DNA of 43,505 nt, taken from the NCBI GenBank assembly GCA_015485715.1, contig WFTA01000003.1, forward strand, positions 1-43,505, read 5' to 3'. Position numbers and translations under genes: made by a program. Source of the DNA: Patescibacteria group bacterium (GTDB lineage Bacteria > Patescibacteriota > Patescibacteriia > WFTA01 > S139-112). Shown here in pieces: positions 37,568-43,505 of this stretch. Each line of letters begins with the position of its first letter. Within the stretch, counting starts at the first letter, position 1. The notes under the pieces are model-generated. The model was not told the DNA's origin, did no database searches, and saw only the letters and a program-made list of their open reading frames with translations.

Positions 37568-38464
37568 TTAGTCTTTAATTTTATCCATAATGCGAAGTGT
37601 TTTTTTAAAGAGAGATCTGGCTTCTTTGTAGCCAAGTACTTTTTCAACCTCATCTTTTTCAAACCACTGTGCGTCTTTTACAGTAACACTATCTTCATAT
37701 TTAATATCTTTTTGGCCAGTTTCAGCCAAGTAATAAAGAATTCTTTTCCTATAAGGTGGCTGTTTGGGCTGATTGACTGTAACATCAAGATAATCTATGT
37801 ATTTTTTAATATTAAGTTTTTTGATATTAGTCTCCTCTTCCACCTCTCTTTCTATAGCTTCTTTGATGGTTTCATTAGGGTTTTCAAGACCTATTTTACC
37901 TTTAGGAAACGTCCATTTATCAATAGCATCTTTTATTAGTACAAAAAATATTTTATCTCCTTCTTTTCTGTATACTACGGCACCTACAGATACTTCTTTG
38001 ATGTTTGAGGAGATGTTGATATCGTGGAGTCTTTTGTTAATATCTTCAACTGAGGTGGTAATATCTTTATATATAGATCCCAGTACTCCATTGATAAATC
38101 TATAAGAAGAATCACCGCCAAATGATTTTGCCAGTTCTATAGATTCATCTATAGCCACTTTAGGAGGAACCTCAGGACTAAAATAAAGCTCGTATATACC
38201 AATTCTGAGGATATTCCTATCTATGATTGTGATTTTTTCAATAGGCCATTCTGGTGCATACTTTTCTATTATCTGGTCTATTTCATTTATTTTATCTATA
38301 ATACCTCCCAGAAGTGATTGGGTAAAATTTTTCTCTTTAAAATTGGGTGCAAAGTCTTTTAAATTTTTTTCCAAGAGTTTCTCAGGTGACTGATTTTTTT
38401 TATTAAAATCCCATTCAAACAATGTTTGTAAAACCACTGTTCTTCCTAAATGTCTTCCAGACAT
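37568..38464 (-). CDS. nusB: NusB-like antitermination domain fused to a C-terminal Nudix hydrolase domain
   Basis: Residues 1 to about 140 are NusB-like (RTVVLQTLFEWDF.., ..IDRNILRIGIYEL.., ..AIDESIELAKSFG). Residues from about 155 onward carry a Nudix box, G-LENPN-E-TIKEAIE-REVEEETNI, matching GX5EX7REUXEEXGU except for a G-to-N change. Confidence 0.75.
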   Translation of the reverse strand: MSGRHLGRTVVLQTLFEWDFNKKNQSPEKLLEKNLKDFAPNFKEKNFTQSLLGGIIDKINEIDQIIEKYAPEWPIEKITIIDRNILRIGIYELYFSPEVPPKVAIDESIELAKSFGGDSSYRFINGVLGSIYKDITTSVEDINKRLHDINISSNIKEVSVGAVVYRKEGDKIFFVLIKDAIDKWTFPKGKIGLENPNETIKEAIEREVEEETNIKKLNIKKYIDYLDVTVNQPKQPPYRKRILYYLAETGQKDIKYEDSVTVKDAQWFEKDEVEKVLGYKEARSLFKKTLRIMDKIKD

Positions 38465-38474
38465 AATTAAAAAA

Positions 38475-38687
38475 TTAATGATGTTTATGTGCTAATTTTT
38501 TTTGTACTTTTTTGGCTGTATTTATAACCTCCTTCCCTTTGTATTTGCCGCAATTTTGACACGCTATATGAGGCATCTTAGGTGTTTTGCATTCAGGACA
38601 GGGAAAAAGAGTAGATGGTTTTATGTGTTTATTTGCTCTTGCTCTTCTAACTTTAGAGCGTGATCTTCTTTTTGCTGGTACTGACAT
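38475..38687 (-). CDS. rpmF: 50S ribosomal protein L32 (zinc-ribbon type)
   Basis: It begins MSVPAKRRSRSKVRRARA.. and carries CPEC..CQNC. Confidence 0.9.
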   Translation of the reverse strand: MSVPAKRRSRSKVRRARANKHIKPSTLFPCPECKTPKMPHIACQNCGKYKGKEVINTAKKVQKKLAHKHH

Positions 38688-38718
38688 ATTTATATTTTAC
38701 TTATAAGACAGATTTAAA

Positions 38719-38759
38719 GCTTGATTGTGCAATAAAAAAATATTGCCTTTCAATCAAGC
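38719..38759. other. Interrupted 15-bp hairpin upstream of rpmF
   Basis: The outer stem is GCTTGATTG/CAATCAAGC and the inner stem is GCAATA/TATTGC, around an A6 loop. Its function is unknown; it could be a weak minus-strand terminator or an operator. Confidence 0.3.
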
Positions 38760-38840
38760 CTTAAATCGCTAAATGCATATTAATAATAGCAGAATTGACC
38801 TGTATATGTCAAGCCTATAGGCGCACATTCTGATAAGTGC

Positions 38841-39076
38841 CAAACCCAAAATCCCGAAAACAACCAAAGACAATTCTCCAATTTTCAATAACTAATTTAC
38901 AATGAATTTACAATGATTTAATGTTTTAATGGTTTAGACTATAAGACTGATGTATGCTGCAGTATTGGGGAATTTAATTCATTGGAAAATTAAGGAATTA
39001 ATTGTAAATTGAAAATTCGTAAATCGGATAATTTGTTGTTATTGTTTAGGATTTAGAATTTAGTATTTAGAATTTC
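38841..39076. repeat. Intergenic mosaic repeat, region D
   Basis: The CCAAA-type heptamer array begins at 38841. The core at 38901-38999 is the reverse complement of 10341-10440. The linker at 39014-39043 matches 3959-3988. The heptamer array is at 39044-39075. This copy lacks the hairpin module. Confidence 0.85.
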
Positions 39077-39156
39077 TCAATGTAAAGCTGTTGTTGCAGG
39101 ATTGGCAGGTTTTGGTTTGAGTATTTGGCATAAATAAGGTGAGTTAAATGTTAAAA

Positions 39157-39189
39157 TAAAAAAACACAGATTTAGAGTCTGTGTTTTTA
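39157..39189. terminator. Bidirectional intrinsic terminator that serves gyrA on the minus strand
   Basis: ACACAGA-tttagag-TCTGTGT (39164-39184) is flanked by A7 and T5. Confidence 0.8.
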
Positions 39190-39294
39190 TCATAGTGAAA
39201 TGGTTCTGATTTCATAATTTTGTTTTTACAAGACATAAAAATTGTCGTTATCATGATGTGGATGTATAAATCTATTTTATCAAGAGAGAACACT

Positions 39295-41790
39295 CTATAC
39301 AATAGTGACACTGGCTACTTTGTCGTCTGATATTTTAAATTTCATAAGCCTTACTCCTTGAGTTGCTCTTCCCAGAACTGGGATTGATTTTAAGCTTATT
39401 CTTATTACTTGTCCTTTTTGGGATATGATGATAAGATCTCCTTTTTTGCTTTCAAGAATTTTCTCCATGTTGATTATAAAACCTGCTACTAATTTTCCGG
39501 TTTTTGAGGTAATGGATGCTGTTTTAATACCAGAACCTCCTCTGGATTGAATTCTGTAATCTTTTAGTTTACTCATTTTACCAAAACCATTTTCAGATAT
39601 GACTAAGAAAGTGGAGTTTTTTACATCATTTTTTGATACCACTCCCATACCTACCACAAAATCTCCTTTTTTGAGTCTGATACCTCTTACACCCGCAGCC
39701 TGTCTGCCCATGCTTCTTATATTTTTTTCATCGAACATAATAGCCTGTCCGTTGGCTGATACAATCATAACAAGATCTGATTTTTTGACAGTCTCTACCC
39801 ACTTGAGCTCATCTTGATTGTTTAATCTGATGGCAATAAGTCCTGATCTTCTTACATTTTTAAACTGGTCAAAAGATACTTTTTTGACGGTTCCTTCTTT
39901 GGTTACCATTATCAGATATTCTTTAGCAGCGTTTTTACTAACAGTGAGTATGGAGGTTGGATATTCATTGGGATCAAGTTGGAGAAAGTTTACGATAGCC
40001 TGTCCTTTGGCGGTTCTTGATGATACTGGTATTTCATATGCCTTTATTTGAAAAACCCTTCCTCTATTAGTAAAAAAGAGCACATCTTTGTGAGTTGTTG
40101 TTGATATAAAATGGCTTACTGTGTCTTCCTCATTGGTAGTCAGACCTATGATGCCTTTTCCTCCTCTGGTTTGTGTTTTGAATGTATCAGGTGATAGCCT
40201 TTTTATGTATCCATCTTTAGTCATGATTATAATGGTATTTTCATCAGGGATAAGATCTTCCTGACTGAATTTATCAACAGGCTGAGAAAATACTTTGGTC
40301 CTTCTTTCATCGCCGTATTTTTCTTTTATTTCCTGAAGTTCTTCTTTGATAACTTCATTCATCTTTTTTTGACTTTTAAGCAAGCCTTCAAGATATTTGA
40401 TATATTTTCTTTTTTCTTTGAGTTCTGTTTCTATTTTTAATCTTTCCAAACTTGCAAGTTGTCTGAGTTTCATCTCCAATATGGCCTGAGCTTGAAGTTC
40501 CGTAAGTTTGAATTTCTTAACAAGTTTTGCTTTGGCATCATCATTGTCTTTTGCAGATTTAATAGTCTTAATCACTGCATCTATTTTGTTTAGTGCCAGC
40601 ATTAATCCTTCCAAAATATGGGCCCTTTCTTTGGCTTTTTGAAGCTCGTACTCTGATCTTCTTTTGATAACTGTCTGTCTGTGTTTGATAAACTCAAAAA
40701 GTATTGATTTTAAGTCCAATACTTGCGGTTTGATCCCGTCAACAAGAGCAACCATATTGAAGTTAAAAGTATCCTGAAGCTGGGTGTATTTATACAGTTG
40801 ATTAAGGATTTTTTTAGGATATGCTCCTTTTTTGAGTTCTATTACAATCCTCATTCCTTCCCTGTCAGATTCATCTCTGAGGTCTTTGATGTGGTCTATC
40901 TTTTTGTTTTTTACGAGTTCAGCAATTTTTTCAAGCAGGGTAGCTTTGTTTACTTGATATGGAAGTTCTGTTATAACGATATCATATTCTCCTTTTTTGT
41001 TTTTTCTTTCTACAATTTCAGATACAGCTCTCATTACAATCCTGCCTCTCCCAGTAGAATATGCCTCCTTAATAGCCTCAACATCAAATATGTGCCCGCC
41101 TGTTGGAAAGTCAGGACCTTGAATATATTTCATAAGATCATCTACCAGAGCTGTGGGATTGTCAATAAGGAAGCAGATTGCATCCACAACCTCGACTAGA
41201 TTATGGGGTGGTATGTTGGTTGCCATTCCAACTGCAATACCCACTGTTCCATTAATAAGCAATTGTGGTATTTTAGCAGGCAGAACTTTTGGCTCTTTTT
41301 GAGTCGCATCATAATTAGGAGAAAAATCAACTGTATCTTTTTCAATATCAGCAAGCATTTCCTCTGCCAAAGGCATTAGCTTTACTTCTGTATATCTCAT
41401 GGCAGCAGCACTATCGCCATCTATAGATCCGAAGTTTCCCTGCCCCCATACCAGAGGATAGCGCATATTGAAATTCTGTGCCATTCTGACCAAAGAGTCG
41501 TATATAGCTGCATCTCCGTGAGGATGATACTTGGCCATTACCTGCCCTACAACTGTTGCTGATTTCCTGAATTTTGCATTTGACCTGAGACCTATCTCCC
41601 ACATGGAGTAGAGTATTCTTCTGTGTACAGGCTTGAGGCCGTCTCTTACATCAGGAAGTGCACGCGATACTATAACTGACATCGCATAGTCAAGATATGA
41701 TTTTTCCATTTCTTCTACAATTGGAACGAATTCAACTTTTCCTATATTATTATCTTCAGTTGTTGTCTGTTCTTGTTTCTTTTTAGCCAT
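39295..41790 (-). CDS. gyrA: DNA gyrase subunit A
   Basis: It has the active-site AAMRYTE motif, the [25 protein letters not shown]-terminal block, and C-terminal beta-pinwheel repeats. I prefer the ATG at 41790 (MAKKKQEQ..) over the track start at 41832. Confidence 0.95.
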   Translation of the reverse strand: MAKKKQEQTTTEDNNIGKVEFVPIVEEMEKSYLDYAMSVIVSRALPDVRDGLKPVHRRILYSMWEIGLRSNAKFRKSATVVGQVMAKYHPHGDAAIYDSLVRMAQNFNMRYPLVWGQGNFGSIDGDSAAAMRYTEVKLMPLAEEMLADIEKDTVDFSPNYDATQKEPKVLPAKIPQLLINGTVGIAVGMATNIPPHNLVEVVDAICFLIDNPTALVDDLMKYIQGPDFPTGGHIFDVEAIKEAYSTGRGRIVMRAVSEIVERKNKKGEYDIVITELPYQVNKATLLEKIAELVKNKKIDHIKDLRDESDREGMRIVIELKKGAYPKKILNQLYKYTQLQDTFNFNMVALVDGIKPQVLDLKSILFEFIKHRQTVIKRRSEYELQKAKERAHILEGLMLALNKIDAVIKTIKSAKDNDDAKAKLVKKFKLTELQAQAILEMKLRQLASLERLKIETELKEKRKYIKYLEGLLKSQKKMNEVIKEELQEIKEKYGDERRTKVFSQPVDKFSQEDLIPDENTIIIMTKDGYIKRLSPDTFKTQTRGGKGIIGLTTNEEDTVSHFISTTTHKDVLFFTNRGRVFQIKAYEIPVSSRTAKGQAIVNFLQLDPNEYPTSILTVSKNAAKEYLIMVTKEGTVKKVSFDQFKNVRRSGLIAIRLNNQDELKWVETVKKSDLVMIVSANGQAIMFDEKNIRSMGRQAAGVRGIRLKKGDFVVGMGVVSKNDVKNSTFLVISENGFGKMSKLKDYRIQSRGGSGIKTASITSKTGKLVAGFIINMEKILESKKGDLIIISQKGQVIRISLKSIPVLGRATQGVRLMKFKISDDKVASVTIV

Positions 41791-41828
41791 AGGTTTTATT
41801 GTATATTTTTTAATTATAATTTGCAATA

Positions 41829-42245
41829 TCAATTTGATGGATTTGTAGAGGTTGGTGTTGTTGTGGAAATTTGTTCTCCTATTTTTTCTATTAGTGTATT
41901 GATAATTGTTGTGGTTGGTGTTGTTGTGGCTTGCTCTGTATTTACTACAGTAATAGTTGTTTTCTTGATTTGTTGTGCTTTTTGGATGACTTTGTTTAAT
42001 TGTTTTTTAATTGTTTTTATTTCATTCTCAGCATCGATAATTTTAAATGACTGGGAATCACTGCGAATTTTTTTGATATTAATTAATATATCCCATGCAG
42101 CAATCACTGATGTTAAAACAACAGCAATTATTATAAATATTGTAAGATATCTATGCTTTGCTGCACTGGTTTGTCTGGATATGGGGTGACGAGATTTTGG
42201 GGTTTTTTGATTTTTTAATTTTTTTATAGAATCAATATCAGTCAT
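41829..42245 (-). CDS. Hypothetical single-pass membrane protein with a Thr-rich tail
   Basis: It begins MTDIDSI.. and has one TM ([19 protein letters not shown]). The tail resembles other CPR-type Thr-rich proteins (TTTPTTT..TTTPTST). It is co-directional with gyrA. The overlapping plus-strand ORF looks like an antisense artefact. Confidence 0.5.
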   Translation of the reverse strand: MTDIDSIKKLKNQKTPKSRHPISRQTSAAKHRYLTIFIIIAVVLTSVIAAWDILINIKKIRSDSQSFKIIDAENEIKTIKKQLNKVIQKAQQIKKTTITVVNTEQATTTPTTTIINTLIEKIGEQISTTTPTSTNPSN

Positions 42246-42300
42246 ATTTATTTGTAAATTACATATTAATTTTAGCATAATTTATTATATATTAAAAAGC

Positions 42301-42359
42301 TTGACAAAATAGGAAAAATAGTGTATACTTAAGATAGTATACTGGAATAGTGGTATACT
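42301..42359 (+). promoter_or_regulatory. Near-consensus sigma70 promoter followed by three ATAGT(G/GG)TATACT direct repeats
   Basis: TTGACA (42301-42306), a 17-nt spacer, then TATACT (42324-42329). TATACT recurs at 42338-42343 and 42354-42359, each time preceded by ATAGT. Confidence 0.55.
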
Positions 42360-42439
42360 TTAAAAACACTAAAATAAAACAAAAATAAAAACAAAAATGA
42401 TGTCAACAAATATACAATTTATATATTTGTTATCAAAAT

Positions 42440-42464
42440 ATACCCATTTTTTGGGTATTTTTTT
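42440..42464 (+). terminator. Intrinsic terminator-like hairpin within the MerR-like gene's upstream region
   Basis: ATACCCA-ttttt-TGGGTAT is followed by T6. It is preceded by a 10-bp AT-only hairpin, AACAAATATA/TATATTTGTT, at 42405-42431. Confidence 0.55.
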
Positions 42465-42479
42465 ATTTATATAATTAAT

Positions 42480-42497
42480 TTGTATATTATACGAACT
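42480..42497 (+). promoter_or_regulatory. Second copy of the 18-mer TTGTATATTATACGAACT, abutting the MerR-like gene's ATG
   Basis: It is identical over 18/18 nt to 21787-21804 in the copB promoter. It contains the inverted repeat GTATA-t-TATAC. A TATAAT box at 42470-42475 lies just upstream. Confidence 0.5.
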
Positions 42498-42914
42498 ATG
42501 ATAGCAGGATATTATAGAATTAGCGATATATTAAAGAGAATAGACAGAAACAAAACTACTCTGCTTAGATGGGAAGAGATGGGTCTTATCCCAAAAGCAC
42601 GACGCGATTCACGCGGCTGGAGATATTACACTGCTGAAGAAGTTGAATATATAGTACGTCTTGTAAAGGAGACTAATTATTTCCAAGACATATTACACAC
42701 AAACAGAACTGATGCTGCAGATTTGGATCAATATCACAATAGCAAACCAAATCCGCCATCAAAAGATATTCCAGATAATGAGTGGGATAACAGTGGTGAT
42801 CTGGCAGCTTCAACTGCTTCCAATGGTCAGGACACTGCAAATGAGAATACACAAAATCCGCAGGACAAGGTTTTGATTTCTCAGTTGACCAAGAATAATG
42901 ATTTGTATATATGA
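42498..42914 (+). CDS. MerR-family HTH regulator with a low-complexity polar C-terminus and no Cys metal site
   Basis: The sequence [48 protein letters not shown] matches the MerR N-terminal winged HTH. I prefer the ATG at 42498 over the TTG at 42480. Confidence 0.7.
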   Translation: MIAGYYRISDILKRIDRNKTTLLRWEEMGLIPKARRDSRGWRYYTAEEVEYIVRLVKETNYFQDILHTNRTDAADLDQYHNSKPNPPSKDIPDNEWDNSGDLAASTASNGQDTANENTQNPQDKVLISQLTKNNDLYI

Positions 42915-43505
42915 GAAGCCATATTTCCAAATACAGCAGAGTTTATATGTTTGGGTTTATTGTTGTGGTGAGTTTTGCTGTTCTAATTTTAAATATTGTA
43001 GAGTTAAATAATTATATTTTAAATCCGTCCAAGGAAGCAGCGCAAAAAAGAGAGGAAGCCTTAGAGACAGCAGAACAGATAGAAGATTTTCAAATTGAAT
43101 ATCAGAAGAGTCTTGATACAGATCAGGATGGATTATCTGATTTTGAGGAGCTAAATATTTACAATACATCACCTTATCTTCCTGACACAGATTCAGATGG
43201 TATATCAGATAAGGAAGAAATAGATCAGGGAACAGATCCTAATTGTCCCAAAGGAGAAAATTGTGATGTGGCTGTTCCTGAAGATGGCAGTGAAGAAGAA
43301 ATTTTTAGTGATATAAAGCCTGATGATGGCGCACAATTTGATAATCCTTTTGCCGGAATGGATCTGGAAAATCCTGATCCACAGAGATTAAGAGAGATAC
43401 TGCTTGATACAGGACAACTTACCAAAGAGCAGCTTGATCAGGTAGATGACGCTACCTTGTTGGAGATATACAGACAGGTTATAGAGGAAGTAGATCAAAA
43501 TGTAA
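42911..43505 (+). CDS. Membrane-anchored protein with thrombospondin type-3-like Ca-binding repeats (partial, runs off-window)
   Basis: The ATG at 42911 overlaps the MerR-like TGA (ATGA). The frame is open to the end of the window. It has one TM ([18 protein letters not shown]) and two TSP3-like repeats ([12 protein letters not shown] and [12 protein letters not shown]). It is absent from the ORF track because no stop is reached. Confidence 0.7.
   Translation, partial: MRSHISKYSRVYMFGFIVVVSFAVLILNIVELNNYILNPSKEAAQKREEALETAEQIEDFQIEYQKSLDTDQDGLSDFEELNIYNTSPYLPDTDSDGISDKEEIDQGTDPNCPKGENCDVAVPEDGSEEEIFSDIKPDDGAQFDNPFAGMDLENPDPQRLREILLDTGQLTKEQLDQVDDATLLEIYRQVIEEVDQNV

Noticed and set aside
41773-42189. 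A plus-strand 138-aa hydrophobic ORF overlapping the minus-strand 41829..42245 gene
   Set aside because: The Val/Phe/Ile/Cys-rich product is what the antisense of a Lys/Thr/Asn-rich gene yields. The minus-strand protein has a sensible TM plus Thr-rich tail and is co-directional with gyrA.
42440-42458. ATACCCA-N5-TGGGTAT, considered as a second CsoR-type operator
   Set aside because: It lacks the extended G-tract and the 3-nt spacing of the 13874-13890 site, and it is followed by a T6 run. An intrinsic terminator is the simpler reading. The resemblance is noted in the corresponding finding.
42397-42474. A 25-aa hydrophobic mini-ORF ([25 protein letters not shown]), considered as a leader peptide or type I toxin
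   Set aside because: It has no Shine-Dalgarno sequence. It also runs through and beyond the predicted terminator T-tract, so a terminated transcript could not encode it in full. It is kept only as context for the leader/sRNA finding.

Overview
An AT-rich, tightly packed bacterial window. Gene content suggests a small-genome Patescibacteria/CPR-like organism: ECF sigma genes paired with DUF5667-type membrane proteins, Thr/Pro-rich single-pass proteins and TSP3-repeat proteins. This taxonomic call is inference. Standard genetic code. Housekeeping genes: rplY, prmC-prfA, uvrA, ligA, a SpoU-type methyltransferase, an rpmF / nusB-Nudix fusion / rnc operon, gyrA, a beta-CASP RNase, pyrD, and an ABC-2/GldG/DUF4340 export cassette. 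The accessory core (about 13.85-26.1 kb) is a copper/thiol-redox island. It has a sigma70-like promoter with a CsoR-type operator, then an 11-gene co-directional operon: CsoR/RcnR-family repressor, DUF411/CopG, several uncharacterised CxxC membrane proteins, a Met-rich SHOCT protein, rhodanese, a CcdA/DsbD-like protein, a Trx-like protein and DUF302. A divergent ECF sigma/anti-sigma-like pair, a CPH-type (CopB-like) P1B ATPase, an integrase-like protein with a Cys cluster and apparently degenerate active site, and an excisionase-like HTH gene follow. A second ECF sigma/DUF5667 pair precedes a 1223-aa repeat-rich surface protein. The signal the ORFs do not explain is a mosaic, MITE-like intergenic repeat family. 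It has four clear copies and possibly a fifth, totalling about 1.5 kb (the four host intergenic gaps total about 2.2 kb). It is built from 7-bp-periodic arrays, a CCCCGTCGTATGACTGGGG hairpin module and shuffled core segments. One copy lies between the CsoR operator and its operon. Other candidate cis-elements are an 18-mer shared by the copB promoter and a distal MerR-like gene, a recurring AAAGGTCG motif, and a 22-bp TTC/GAA palindrome. No rRNA, tRNA or CRISPR array was found.
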